From: Candidatus Omnitrophota bacterium
Lineage (GTDB): Bacteria; Omnitrophota; Gorgyraeia; Zapsychrales; JANLHA01
Length of the DNA: 64,000 nt
Reading direction: 5' to 3'
Assembly (NCBI GenBank): GCA_963662715.1
Contig: OY759724.1
Coordinates: forward strand, 730,662-794,661
A model generated the notes under the pieces. It ran no database searches. It was not told the origin of the DNA and saw nothing but the letters and a program-made list of their open reading frames with translations. Positions 29,749 to 39,658 of this stretch are shown piece after piece; position 1 is the first letter of the stretch; every line of letters begins with the position of its first letter. Made by a program: the position numbers and the translations under genes.

Positions 29749-31365
29749 TTATTGTGCGGCTCCGGAGAGAGAGACATTCTCGATTTTAAAGGGCATCTCA
29801 TATTTCTCCGGATTTTCATGGACTTCTAAAACAATTCTGCCCGTCTCCGGGAATGTGCCTTGGGACAAAGTGAAATGATAGGTTGTCTCCCCGCCCATGG
29901 AACTATAACCCTGCGAGACTTGTAAAGGCCTGTCGTCAGGGCCGAAAATTTTAACCGACTCCACCCGTTCCGGAGAGAGGCTCACCTCCACGTTCATTTG
30001 TTGTTTTCCCGGCTCCCATTCACTGTCCTGAATCGAAACGATTTTCGCCCCGTAAGACGTCCCCTCGGCCCCGGGAGTGAAGGAGCTTATCTGCAAATCC
30101 TTTTCCCGCATACCGGAGGCCACAATATACTCCAGGACACCGGAAACTTCCCGGATGCCTTTCACGGCCGCAGAAGGTTTTTCCAAAGTCACTTCAAAAA
30201 CGGTGAACTTCTTGTCTTTCGAAACATGAGGAAAATTGATGTTGCGGGACCACTCATTTTTCGGCAGAAGATTCTCCCCGTTATCAGCCAGGGCCGTTGT
30301 CAATGCGCCGCCGGTCACTTTAATGACTTTATCCGGGAGATCCCCGATGACCGCCAGGGTGTAACCTTCATCATAGTTAAAGGGCCGGACCTCGTTCTCC
30401 ATGTCGGAAAAAGCGACAAGCCTGACCCCTCCGATCCTAAAGGACCCCGGCGCTCTTTCGAGCTTTTTCTTTTCCATAACGCCCAGGTCCTTTAAAACAG
30501 CCGCCGGCATCCCGCCTGCCGCAGAAACTTCCTTATTGTAGTCAAACAAAGGTTCGCCGACATCAACAATCGCTTTTACCGGAGCATTCTGTCCGAACAA
30601 TTTTTCGTTCAGCATATTATCATCTTCGGGTTTGTCCTTAAACGGATTGCGTCCGGCCTGAATCTCTGCGCGCATCCACTCTTCGTCATTGAACAGGCTG
30701 TCCATGACAGACAACAATTTCTCTCCTGAAAAATGAAAAAGGAGGCTGCTGTCCTGAGCCGTTTCTAAATTCATGGTTTTAACGACTGCCCCGGGCAGGT
30801 AAAAGGTCCGCTTAATCTTGAATTCGGAAAGAACGCCCGCCATCATGACCCGTGTTTTATCCATCTCGGCCTGTATCTCCTGAATCTTTTCCGCCACCTC
30901 GCTTTCTGACAACGGCGACTGTTCCTCTGTTTCAGAAGAATCTTCTTCCTCTGCTTCGCTGGACGTGATATTTAAAATAAGCTGTCCGCCCTTCGGCAGG
31001 ATTTCTATCCGGTCAAACAAATTAAACGACATCCCCCCGTTGTGGAATTTTAACTGCGACACATCCCTGAAATAAGCCGTGCCTTGAAATATCAGCTTAT
31101 CATTTCCATCCAGACTGAACGAAATATCTGTCCAGGCATCCACGCCTTGAGCTTTCTCCAGTTCTTCTTTTACACAATGTTTCATTTGTTTTTCCGGATC
31201 ACTGTCCTGTCCGGGGAAACCCAAGTTCATCATAGGGATCACGGATTTATGAAGGACTTTACCCGAACCGTCCGGATTAACCGTGTAAGTTTCCTCGATA
31301 TTCAGACAGCCCGAGACCGCGATCAGAAGGAAAGCAAGCGTGACCGCCTTGACCAGATTATTCAT
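29749..31365 (-). CDS. hypothetical lipoprotein
   Basis: Start chosen at ATG 31363-31365 (AAAGGTGGA RBS) giving lipobox signal MNNLVKAVTLAFLLIAVSGC; acidic Ser/Glu-rich linker; no known domain. Confidence 0.6.
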   Translation of the reverse strand: MNNLVKAVTLAFLLIAVSGCLNIEETYTVNPDGSGKVLHKSVIPMMNLGFPGQDSDPEKQMKHCVKEELEKAQGVDAWTDISFSLDGNDKLIFQGTAYFRDVSQLKFHNGGMSFNLFDRIEILPKGGQLILNITSSEAEEEDSSETEEQSPLSESEVAEKIQEIQAEMDKTRVMMAGVLSEFKIKRTFYLPGAVVKTMNLETAQDSSLLFHFSGEKLLSVMDSLFNDEEWMRAEIQAGRNPFKDKPEDDNMLNEKLFGQNAPVKAIVDVGEPLFDYNKEVSAAGGMPAAVLKDLGVMEKKKLERAPGSFRIGGVRLVAFSDMENEVRPFNYDEGYTLAVIGDLPDKVIKVTGGALTTALADNGENLLPKNEWSRNINFPHVSKDKKFTVFEVTLEKPSAAVKGIREVSGVLEYIVASGMREKDLQISSFTPGAEGTSYGAKIVSIQDSEWEPGKQQMNVEVSLSPERVESVKIFGPDDRPLQVSQGYSSMGGETTYHFTLSQGTFPETGRIVLEVHENPEKYEMPFKIENVSLSGAAQ

Positions 31366-31579
31366 AATGTCCACCTTTCTGAAGAATAGTCCAATTAATG
31401 AAAAAAAGCCTTTAGGCAAGCATTTTTCGTTCATTCACGGCCTGGAACCGGCCGGACACCTTTTCATCTTAACAATAGTGATGCCCTGTGTCTACGGGAA
31501 AAAAAGACATTTACCCGCTGTTTTCTTTGGCGGTAACTTCATTATCCTCAACATATTATGAAAACAAATCTGCTGGTCT

Positions 31580-31608
31580 TTGCTGCTGGCAAAACCCGGT
31601 TTTATATT
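31580..31608 (+). promoter_or_regulatory. candidate sigma70 promoter (-35 TTGCTG, 17-nt spacer, -10 TATATT) driving riboswitch leader
   Basis: Sequence pattern only. Confidence 0.3.
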
Positions 31609-31629
31609 TTATACTTTATATTAGATATA

Positions 31630-31767
31630 GCGGACTGAACGATAAAGGCAAAACCGGTGTAAACCGGTGGCGCAAAGCTATAGGGTCCTTCAAAAGGATA
31701 GCCTGGCTGCCGAAGAAGTCAAAGAAAACAGGCTTATTCCTTATTGAGGGGATGAGCCTGTTTTTTT
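31630..31767 (+). promoter_or_regulatory. c-di-GMP-I (GEMM) riboswitch candidate with intrinsic-terminator expression platform
   Basis: AAAGGCAAAACC then palindromic hairpin ACCGGU-GUAA-ACCGGU (GNRA loop) then GGCGCAAAGC then second hairpin (GGGTCCTT.AAGGATAGCC) and closing TGCC pairing with GGCA; followed by 10-bp stem ACAGGCTTAT/ATGAGCCTGT + TTTTTTT at 31727..31767. Confidence 0.55.
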
Positions 31768-31852
31768 GGCCAAACGAGGTCAAAGGCCAAAACAGGAATA
31801 CAAAAGCTCTGTGACCACTTTTCAGCCGGGTCTGCCTAGAAAGGAGACACTT

Positions 31853-32086
31853 ATGCAACGAATGAGATGGGCGGCTCTAATCCTCTTGATGGTGATTTCT
31901 CCGTCTTTGGGACAAGCGGAAATGCTGGCAAAAACCTCCGTGCTTAACAAACCACAGAAACAAGAACAGGTCGTTAAGAAAAAAGGCGCGATGATCAAAA
32001 TCGGAAGTGTGCCTTACAGTAAAGACGGAGTGCTGAGAAAAGGAGCTGCGCTTAAAATAGGCTCCTATCCTTTGACCGAAAGTTAA
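31853..32086 (+). CDS. small secreted protein with two KGAxIKIGSxP repeats (riboswitch-controlled)
   Basis: AGGAGA RBS 7 nt before ATG 31853; signal peptide MQRMRWAALILLMVISPSLGQA; 77 aa; followed by terminator. Confidence 0.55.
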   Translation: MQRMRWAALILLMVISPSLGQAEMLAKTSVLNKPQKQEQVVKKKGAMIKIGSVPYSKDGVLRKGAALKIGSYPLTES

Positions 32087-32122
32087 TGAACACGTATTAG
32101 AACTTGGACGATAAATCATAAA

Positions 32123-32171
32123 GGCCGGTAGAGATCTTGCCTCTTGCTGATCTGCTGCCGGCCTTTCTTCC
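32123..32171 (+). terminator. Rho-independent terminator
   Basis: GGCCGGTAG...CTGCCGGCC stem followed by TTTCTTCC. Confidence 0.55.
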
Positions 32172-32258
32172 GTTTGCTCAACTCGGCAGGGACGGCAAAA
32201 TAACGGCGGGGCTCTTCCCGGGAGGGGCAAAAGCAGAGGCCCGGCGGAGGGATAAAAG

Positions 32259-33656
32259 TTAAAGTGTCATTTCCTCCAGATAATCCGGGATCAAAATTTC
32301 ACTTGGGATTTTCTGTTGCAGGGCCCCGGCAAACGCGTAGGCCGAGTCTTCTTCCGCATGGACAATAATAACTTTTTGAAGTTTGGGATTAAAATGCGTG
32401 ACCCAGCGCAGGAGGTCACTCTGTCCCGCATGGGCAGAAAACCCGTTCAATGTTTCAATTCTCGCCTTAACAGGGTGCCTGTGCCCTAATATCCGGACGT
32501 CCCGGGGCTGCTCTAAAATATACCGGCCCAACGTTCCTTTGGCCTGGTACCCCACGAAAAGAATCGTGCTTTCCGGCTTGGAAATGTTATGAACGAGGTG
32601 ATGTTTGATCCGGCCGCCGGTACACATGCCGGAAGACGACATGATAATGCAGGTTCCTTTTTCATGATTGATCTCTTTGGACTCCTGAACCGAAGAAGTG
32701 AATTTCAGCATCGGCATTTGAAAAAGCGTCTTGTGCGCCCGCAGCCGTTTTTGCGCCTCCGCATCAAAATAATCAGTGTGCTTGTTGAAAACTTTCGTAA
32801 TATTGATCGCCATCGGGCTGTCCATGAAAGTCCTTAATTCCGGGATACGCCCTTGTTCGACCAGTTGATTCAGGTCATACATCAATTCCTGGGCCCGGCC
32901 GATCGCAAAAGTCGGGATGACAATGTTCCCGTTTGATTTCTTCGTTGTCTTGATCACTTCCGCCAGTTTCTGAAGGGCGTCCTGCCCTTGCTCATGGTCT
33001 CTGGCCCCATACGTCGCTTCCATGACCACATAATCGGCTCTTTGAAAAAGATACGGGTCCCCGATAATGGGCCGTCCCCACCGGCCGATATCGCCGGAAA
33101 AAACAATCCGTTTCTCCTGCCCCGCATCATAAACGACAAGCTCAATCATGCTTGATCCCAGGATATGCCCGGCGTCGTAAAAAACCGCTTTGATATCCTT
33201 CTGAACATTAACTTCCGTCAAATAGTGCACGGGACTGAAGAGCGGAAAAACCTTCTCCACATCTTCAATGGTATACAAAGGCACCTCGGGATGAGGCCCG
33301 CTCCTTCCTTCCCGCTGATGTCTTTTCTTTTTGTCCTGCGCATCCGCCAGCTGCAGGTGAGCCGAATCAATCAAACTGACCTTGGAGATGTCTGCCGTCG
33401 GAGGCGTGCAGAAAATCTTTCCGCTGAAGCCGTCAGCCGCCAATTTCGGCAAATAACCGCAGTGGTCTATATGCGCGTGCGTCAAGAGAACAGCGTCAAT
33501 GCCGGCGGGGTCAATGGGCAATTTATCCCAGTTACGAAACCGGAAATCCCTCTCCTGAAAAATACCGCAATCAATCAGGATGCGGGAAGAATCCGTTTCT
33601 AAAACAAACTTTGAACCTGTGACATTTTTTGTCGCCCCCAGAAATATTATTTTCAT
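32259..33656 (-). CDS. MBL-fold metallo-hydrolase of the beta-CASP family (CPSF/RNase J-like ribonuclease)
   Basis: 465 aa; HAHIDHCG (HxHxDH) motif, beta-CASP and C-terminal RMMBL-like region. Confidence 0.8.
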   Translation of the reverse strand: MKIIFLGATKNVTGSKFVLETDSSRILIDCGIFQERDFRFRNWDKLPIDPAGIDAVLLTHAHIDHCGYLPKLAADGFSGKIFCTPPTADISKVSLIDSAHLQLADAQDKKKRHQREGRSGPHPEVPLYTIEDVEKVFPLFSPVHYLTEVNVQKDIKAVFYDAGHILGSSMIELVVYDAGQEKRIVFSGDIGRWGRPIIGDPYLFQRADYVVMEATYGARDHEQGQDALQKLAEVIKTTKKSNGNIVIPTFAIGRAQELMYDLNQLVEQGRIPELRTFMDSPMAINITKVFNKHTDYFDAEAQKRLRAHKTLFQMPMLKFTSSVQESKEINHEKGTCIIMSSSGMCTGGRIKHHLVHNISKPESTILFVGYQAKGTLGRYILEQPRDVRILGHRHPVKARIETLNGFSAHAGQSDLLRWVTHFNPKLQKVIIVHAEEDSAYAFAGALQQKIPSEILIPDYLEEMTL

Positions 33657-33713
33657 AAACCATGTCCTTGATTTAAAACATACGGATAAAATTTTGATTA
33701 TGTATCGCCGCCG

Positions 33714-34502
33714 TCAAGACCTCAGCCTCACCGTAACAGCGGTTCCTGTTGCCGCCCGCAAATAATTGCGGGCATCTCCTCCCCGCACGGATATCTCCAG
33801 GAACTCCGAACTTCCAATAACGGAACAGATTTCCCCTTCCCTGACATCCTGATAAACGCGGGACAGGCCTCTAATCCTGACGTTCTTTATCTTTATCTGC
33901 ACATCGTTTTTCTTTTTCCAGGAGTTCAGGGTCTCTTCTGCAATATTCGTCACCAAATTTCCGAACCCGTCAATATAAACAACCTTTCCTTTTATGGCAT
34001 CCGGCTTAACTGCGGGCAAAGCAAAATCTAACAGGGACATGTCATTTAATACCGGCCCCAAACGGCGCAGCGGGCCCCCTTTCGAAACCCATGCGGCGGC
34101 CGGGGCGAAAATATCCCGGCCGTGAAAAGTCCGGGAAACCGGATGAAGCGCTAACTGACGATTTTTAATCCAGATGATTTTCCTGATCCCGTTATCCTGG
34201 GCCGCAAGGCTCAAAACCCCGTTATCCGGTCCAATAAAATAATAGTCTTTACTGCGAACCAGAATCGGCTTTCGCTCTGACCCCACCCCGGGGTCGACCA
34301 CAACAAGAAAAACAGTGTTTCGGGGGAAAAAGGAATAACTGTTTTTCAGTAAGAACGCGGCATGGAAGATATCCTGGCCCGGGACGTCATGGGAAACATC
34401 AATCCACCTTGCCTCCGGGGAAATGTTTAAAATGACGCCTTTCATCACCCCGACATAATGGTCCTGCTTTCCGAAGTCTGTTAACAAGGCAATAGGTTTC
34501 AC
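33714..34502 (-). CDS. SAM hydrolase / SAM hydroxide adenosyltransferase (DUF62 family)
   Basis: 262 aa; LLTDFG..DHYVGVMKGV and VVDPGVGSER motifs diagnostic of DUF62/fluorinase-like family. Confidence 0.8.
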   Translation of the reverse strand: MKPIALLTDFGKQDHYVGVMKGVILNISPEARWIDVSHDVPGQDIFHAAFLLKNSYSFFPRNTVFLVVVDPGVGSERKPILVRSKDYYFIGPDNGVLSLAAQDNGIRKIIWIKNRQLALHPVSRTFHGRDIFAPAAAWVSKGGPLRRLGPVLNDMSLLDFALPAVKPDAIKGKVVYIDGFGNLVTNIAEETLNSWKKKNDVQIKIKNVRIRGLSRVYQDVREGEICSVIGSSEFLEISVRGGDARNYLRAATGTAVTVRLRS

Positions 34503-34775
34503 CTGACCTCCTGGTTTCTTCGTACGGGTTTAAATAAAATTCAACATTCAACGCTTCATATTCTAATAGGATCAGGCGTATTTTGCAAAACCCTTTGTCA
34601 TTTTCCAAGACAGTGGCAGCGTTTCGCAGGACACAACATCAGATATTCACCGTTCCACCTCCTTTCGTATGGCCGGTTTTTTCTGCTTTTTTGTAAGATT
34701 CCTTTCATCATTCCTACATATAACAGCGTTATAAGTCTTTTAGTATCTTTTCAGTTATGAATTTGGAGAAATACT

Positions 34776-35207
34776 ATGAATCAATCGATAGGCATCCGGG
34801 CTCCCGTTCTTGCGGGTATATTATGCCTTGCTATACAGCAGCCGGTAGCCGATTCAGCCGTCAGCCGTCCTCCCGCCAAAGCCTACCACAGAAAAGGCCC
34901 CCGGGTTCTTTACGGCCAGGCCTCCTGGTACTCTGAAAAATCTCCCGGGATCAGGAAAAAAACAGCTAACAATGAAATTTTTAACGATAAAAAACTGACA
35001 GCGGCTATGTGGGACGTGGCTTTTAACCAGAAGGTCAAGGTGACCAATCTGGACAATGGGAAAGCTGTGATTGTCAGGGTGAATGACCGGGGGCCGCACA
35101 GGCGTTATTATAAAAAAGGCCGGATCATCGACTTAACCAAGGTCGCCTTTGCCAGGCTGGAACATCCGAAAAAGGGACTGGTCAGTGTCGAGATGCTGAA
35201 AGACTGA
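34776..35207 (+). CDS. RlpA-like double-psi beta-barrel lipoprotein (septal ring lytic transglycosylase family)
   Basis: 143 aa; GQASWYS...VIVRVNDRGP...IDLTKVAFARL pattern of RlpA DPBB domain; GGAGA RBS. Confidence 0.8.
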   Translation: MNQSIGIRAPVLAGILCLAIQQPVADSAVSRPPAKAYHRKGPRVLYGQASWYSEKSPGIRKKTANNEIFNDKKLTAAMWDVAFNQKVKVTNLDNGKAVIVRVNDRGPHRRYYKKGRIIDLTKVAFARLEHPKKGLVSVEMLKD

Positions 35208-35213
35208 TTCTTT

Positions 35214-36428
35214 CTAAGGCTGGCCGGGCTCGAACAATCCTGCGGCTTTCATTTTCCGGGCGATACACCGGGCAAAGTTACGGGAATTTTTTTCATTATA
35301 ATGACAGAGGTCAACATAAAGGGATTCTTCAACCCCTTCCTGAATATCCGCACACCAAAAAAAATTTTCTCCGACAGGATGGTTTTCCATATAATCCGCC
35401 ATCCGGACATATCCGTATTTCAGCAGGACATCATCAAGGATGGGGATGGCAAATAAATAATATTGGGGGTCGTATTTATAAGTCGAAATGGGCTGCCAGA
35501 CGAAAACAGGCGTAATGCGGTAAGCACGGGCAATAGATTCTATCATCTTTTTATTGGCAAGGTACTGCGGAATGACAATATCTGTGATCCGCTCTTTTAG
35601 ATCATTCACCGACTTCTCGTATTTCAAATCCTCCATTTCTTCGTGAGCCAGACTTGGAGCCTGAGGTTTCTTTTTCAAATCATTTATAGCCCTGACAACC
35701 GGCCAGCGGCTCAAAGGGCCCTGCAGGGCTTCCCTCAGCGATAATGTGCCCCGGCTTTCAAAAAACCGCGTGATTTTTTCCGTAAAATAAGGACGGTCAT
35801 GATAAGAAATAAACTCATTATATCCGTCAATAAATATCGCCATGTCCGGAACATATCCCCTGACAATCAATCGCAGGAAAAGGACGGCTTCCTGGGACGA
35901 ATAATAATATCCGCGGCCGAAATTATAAATACGCACGGCCTTCCCGGAGGATGCCCGGGACAAGATATCCTGCAGGTGAGAAGCAATGGTCAGGGAATCC
36001 GGTAGGCCGTAATTAAAAGTCGTCGATCCGCCGAACAGAAAAATATTATAATATTTTTCATCAGGCGGCCATGGCCCCTGGTTTTTGCTGTACCGGAAAC
36101 CCTCCGGGTGGACATTAACATACGTGCCCTTCAAAGCCCTTTCCGAAAACTGAGTGAAAGGTTCATACACAAAAGGCCTGTGCCAGCTTTCATGTAAAAT
36201 CTTATTTATTTCTTCTTCCGAAAACTGCGGGTAAACATCTTTTATTTTCCCCCCGTATTTCCGGGAGACATAATTCTGCTGTTGGGCTCCGGACGGCTTA
36301 AAAAAGGCATCTTTAAAAGCAAAGAAACCCCACAGGCAACAATGCAGGAACACGGCCAAAACAATGACGTTCAGCACGATGACAGCTGTGCTCTTATAAA
36401 TCTGCAGGAATTTATGAATATGTTTCAT
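35214..36428 (-). CDS. membrane-anchored SGNH/GDSL-like hydrolase family protein (DltD/AlgJ-like), hypothetical
   Basis: 404 aa, N-terminal TM helix, FGGSTTFNYGLPDS block resembling SGNH block I; weak assignment. Confidence 0.45.
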   Translation of the reverse strand: MKHIHKFLQIYKSTAVIVLNVIVLAVFLHCCLWGFFAFKDAFFKPSGAQQQNYVSRKYGGKIKDVYPQFSEEEINKILHESWHRPFVYEPFTQFSERALKGTYVNVHPEGFRYSKNQGPWPPDEKYYNIFLFGGSTTFNYGLPDSLTIASHLQDILSRASSGKAVRIYNFGRGYYYSSQEAVLFLRLIVRGYVPDMAIFIDGYNEFISYHDRPYFTEKITRFFESRGTLSLREALQGPLSRWPVVRAINDLKKKPQAPSLAHEEMEDLKYEKSVNDLKERITDIVIPQYLANKKMIESIARAYRITPVFVWQPISTYKYDPQYYLFAIPILDDVLLKYGYVRMADYMENHPVGENFFWCADIQEGVEESLYVDLCHYNEKNSRNFARCIARKMKAAGLFEPGQP

Positions 36429-36727
36429 AAGGCAAAGCCAACGGTCTTCAGTCCCCCGGGTGGCCCATTTTTCCAGAAGGGCGGACTAATAATTTTCTGC
36501 AATAATGTGCGGTACTAATTATGCCATAAATTAAACCCCGCGACAATTCATAATCAGGCAAGATCTTCTTCCTTATAATGATTCATAAAAAAGCCCCGCG
36601 CAGGCTGAGTCCCCCCCTCAATCACGACGGGACAGCAGGGAATGATGGAAGAGGAAAAAGACACACTCCGCAGATATTCTTTGTCATCTAATTAAAAAAA
36701 ACGCTGTTAGGCAAAAACACATTTTAT

Positions 36728-36760
36728 GATATAATGTTGTCCTAACTAACGGAATAAAGG
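36728..36760 (+). promoter_or_regulatory. candidate promoter with extended -10 (TGaTATAAT) for TRL-like lipoprotein gene
   Basis: TTAGGC-17 nt-TATAAT with TG at -15/-14; GGGAGG RBS then GTG start at 36797. Confidence 0.35.
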
Positions 36761-36796
36761 AATGTAACATCATCAACTAAAAAGGGAGGTAAAAAC

Positions 36797-37114
36797 GTGA
36801 AAAGAAAAATCTCATTACTCAGTCTTGTCCTTATCGCCAGCATCATGGTTTCCGGGTGCGCCACACTTTATCCCGTGGGCTCTTTTTACTCAGAAGTAGC
36901 CTTCCCAGCCGCTGTCGGTAATGGAGACGCAGACTACTCAAAAGTAGGTAAAGCGACAGCCAATTCCTACTTAGCGTTAATCGCTACCGGAGACTGCAGT
37001 ATCGCAACGGCAGCGAAAAACGGCGGTATTACGGAAATCAAATATGTTGATTATGACGTAAAGAATATCCTCGGTATCATTGGTGAGTATACAACAGTCG
37101 TTTACGGAGACTAA
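36797..37114 (+). CDS. TRL-like family lipoprotein
   Basis: GTG start; lipobox LIASIMVSGC; C-terminal ...NILGIIGEYTTVVYGD characteristic of TRL-like domain. Confidence 0.6.
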   Translation: MKRKISLLSLVLIASIMVSGCATLYPVGSFYSEVAFPAAVGNGDADYSKVGKATANSYLALIATGDCSIATAAKNGGITEIKYVDYDVKNILGIIGEYTTVVYGD

Positions 37115-37130
37115 TATTATTTGACAGATA

Positions 37131-37168
37131 AAAAAAGCACGTTTCTTAATAGAAACGTGCTTTTTTTA
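37131..37168. terminator. bidirectional Rho-independent terminator
   Basis: AAAAAAGCACGTTTCT-TAATA-GAAACGTGCTTTTTTT perfect stem flanked by A-run and T-run. Confidence 0.8.
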
Positions 37169-37179
37169 TTTATTCTCCT

Positions 37180-38253
37180 TCAGCCGTCAATGGATATTAA
37201 ATCATACTCCAGATTCCCTACCCCCAACTGAGCGGCATAATTCAACTGCTTCATTCCGTCACGTTGAGGATGCGCCTCCCTGAAAATATCTCTGCCACAC
37301 ACGCGCACCACAGCATCATAACAGGCTTTATCGATACTCACCGGGTCCGGGGATGCAAACAGCCCGACATCCGGAGAAATCCGCGGATCATCTTTGGCCA
37401 GGCAGTCGCATTCTTTCGTAATCTTAACGGCAAAATTGATAAACACGGACGGCCCGCTGCGGCCGGCTAAGACGGCGTTCGCATATTCAACCATCTTTTC
37501 CTGAATAGTCGTGCCGCCCGACTCCCAAACGACATCTATCGCTCCGTACGGACAGGCGGCGATACAGCTGGCGCAGCCGATACAGAGCTCTCCGTCAATC
37601 AAAGATTTCTGATCACTGATCTTTATGGCATCCGCAGGACAGACCTCCACGCATTCCCCGCAGCCGACACACGCTCCCTCTTCAACATAAGGAGACACAT
37701 CGCAATGCTGGGCCAGTTTCCCTTGCCGCGATGCGCAGCCCATCCCGATATTTTTCAAAGCGCCGCCGAAACCTGTCATCAAGTGGCCTTTAAAATGAGA
37801 AATATCAACGAGAACATCCGCGTCCAAAAACAGCGGCACCACCTTGGCGACTTGAATGAACTTCTGGTTGATCGCCACGGCTCTTTCATTCTCGGGGATA
37901 TTCTCCGGGATACGGATTTCGGCTCCGGTCTTTTCAAAGGTAAAACCATGTTCTGCCGCAAGGCTCAGATGATCTTGTGAATTCGTCCTTCTTCCCCGGT
38001 ATAACGTGTTGGTATCCGCCATGACCGGAACGGCGTCTTTTTTTTTGATTTCCTCCGCGATAATTTTAACCCATTCCGGTTTAACATGGCCTTTGTTCCC
38101 CTGCTCCCCGAAATGCATTTTAAGGACAGCCTGATTCCGGGGCGCTATTTGAGAGAATATCCGGCTTGTCCGAATAAGCTTCCGTAATTTCTCCTGCACC
38201 GCAGAGACGCTGTCTGAATTCTGCACTTTAATAAAGTATACTGGACTTTTCAT
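37180..38253 (-). CDS. DUF362 domain protein with two 4Fe-4S ferredoxin-type clusters
   Basis: CVGCGECVEVCP and CIGCASCIAACP motifs; DUF362-like N-terminal region; start taken at MKSPVYFIKV. Confidence 0.7.
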   Translation of the reverse strand: MKSPVYFIKVQNSDSVSAVQEKLRKLIRTSRIFSQIAPRNQAVLKMHFGEQGNKGHVKPEWVKIIAEEIKKKDAVPVMADTNTLYRGRRTNSQDHLSLAAEHGFTFEKTGAEIRIPENIPENERAVAINQKFIQVAKVVPLFLDADVLVDISHFKGHLMTGFGGALKNIGMGCASRQGKLAQHCDVSPYVEEGACVGCGECVEVCPADAIKISDQKSLIDGELCIGCASCIAACPYGAIDVVWESGGTTIQEKMVEYANAVLAGRSGPSVFINFAVKITKECDCLAKDDPRISPDVGLFASPDPVSIDKACYDAVVRVCGRDIFREAHPQRDGMKQLNYAAQLGVGNLEYDLISIDG

Positions 38254-38318
38254 GATGACTCCCTCTATATCGTTTCTCAATTATCCGAAATACCCAAGGG
38301 CTGCGTCCGCCTTTCTTG

Positions 38319-39650
38319 TCACAGGGACACGCGTCTCTTGATTCTCTTTTTAGACGGGTTAAAATATCCCGTCATGATGCGGGGATACGTTTTCTTAACA
38401 AATCGTATCAGCTTCGGTATGTCCCACAACGCCTCAGGGGCGGGATGAAACCGAAGCAAACGGAAATAAGCCCGGGGATCGTAATTCAGATTCCGCCATT
38501 GAATCATATCAACAGGATATGCCGCCAGAAACTTCTGAAGAGCCGCAACTTCCTGACGGGAATCCGTAAAACCTGGGATGATCAAATAATTCAAAGAAAT
38601 AAAAGCCCCCCGCTTCCGGGCAACCCTGACGGATTTCTTCACGTCCTTGAATGAATAATCTTTCGGCTGATAATAGCGTTCATAATACTTCGTTTGAACG
38701 CTGTTGAGGCTCACCCGGATGCTGTCCAGGCCGGCGTCCAAAAGCTTCGCAATCATACGGGGCCGGCTGGCATTGGTGTTTAAATTAATAATCCCTTTTC
38801 TGGTTTTGCTCCGGATGAGTTTAACGGCTTTTTCGATCACCGGTCCCGCCAGCAGCGGTTCTCCTTCACAGCCCTGCCCGAAACTGACCACCGGGTCCTT
38901 CACGTGGAGGATATGAAACAGGGCCACCTCGGCGATTTCCTCCGGGCTGGGCACAAAACGGATACGCGGCTGCGTGACAGGGCACGTGCCGCCGGGCTGC
39001 AGAGAAAGACACCCGGCACACTGCGCGTTGCAGGACGGCGATGTCGGCAGCGGGCCTTCATATCTTTTGAGAAAGAAATTCTTGGCCGCCGGGCACTGAT
39101 TGACAAGGGCACAGTTTTCCAAATGCCGCACCAGCCTGTTTTTGGGGAACATTTTTTCAAATATTTTCACGTTTCTGCGAACCCGTTTCATATCCATAAA
39201 ACGGACATCCTGACGGAGTTCCCGGTCAACACGTATCCCGCTGACATAGAAATCCCCCTCATAGAAGGCCACCGCAGCGTAGGCAAAAAGCGGCAGCAAC
39301 CCCGTGTGCGGAATTTCAAGATACGCGGCATTCTCCGTCACTGTATATCCCGGCGCCATAAAAGCCGCCACAGCATAACAGGGCTCGGGGCCTTTTGTGT
39401 TAAATGGATTTTGTTCCAAAGAGACAAATTCCCGCGATTCAGGATCAAAACCTACGGGGAACCGGTCAGGCAACATAAAAAGCTGACTGCCGTAAGGCAG
39501 TTTCGTCATCCGGGATAAACGGAGCCGGCTGTAATGCCCGCCCCGCATTCCGGCGGAAGCCAGGAAAGGCACATTGTAAATACGGCCCTCTTTATCTGCG
39601 ACACACAATTCCGGGTAACGCGCCCGGGAGGATACGACACTCATCGTCAT
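38319..39650 (-). CDS. radical SAM domain protein
   Basis: 443 aa; CNAQCAGC (Cx3Cx2C) in mid-protein preceded by ~200 aa unknown N-terminal domain. Confidence 0.7.
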   Translation of the reverse strand: MTMSVVSSRARYPELCVADKEGRIYNVPFLASAGMRGGHYSRLRLSRMTKLPYGSQLFMLPDRFPVGFDPESREFVSLEQNPFNTKGPEPCYAVAAFMAPGYTVTENAAYLEIPHTGLLPLFAYAAVAFYEGDFYVSGIRVDRELRQDVRFMDMKRVRRNVKIFEKMFPKNRLVRHLENCALVNQCPAAKNFFLKRYEGPLPTSPSCNAQCAGCLSLQPGGTCPVTQPRIRFVPSPEEIAEVALFHILHVKDPVVSFGQGCEGEPLLAGPVIEKAVKLIRSKTRKGIINLNTNASRPRMIAKLLDAGLDSIRVSLNSVQTKYYERYYQPKDYSFKDVKKSVRVARKRGAFISLNYLIIPGFTDSRQEVAALQKFLAAYPVDMIQWRNLNYDPRAYFRLLRFHPAPEALWDIPKLIRFVKKTYPRIMTGYFNPSKKRIKRRVSL

Positions 39651-39658
39651 TTTCCTCT

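Noticed and set aside
31488-31852. ORFs 31488..31814 (+) and the N-terminal extension from 31766 of the small secreted protein
   Set aside because: The region is occupied by the riboswitch and terminator structures. The ATG at 31853 has a good AGGAGA RBS and starts the signal peptide.
34399-34608. 69-aa minus-strand ORF
   Set aside because: Overlaps the start of the DUF62 gene in another frame; no RBS.
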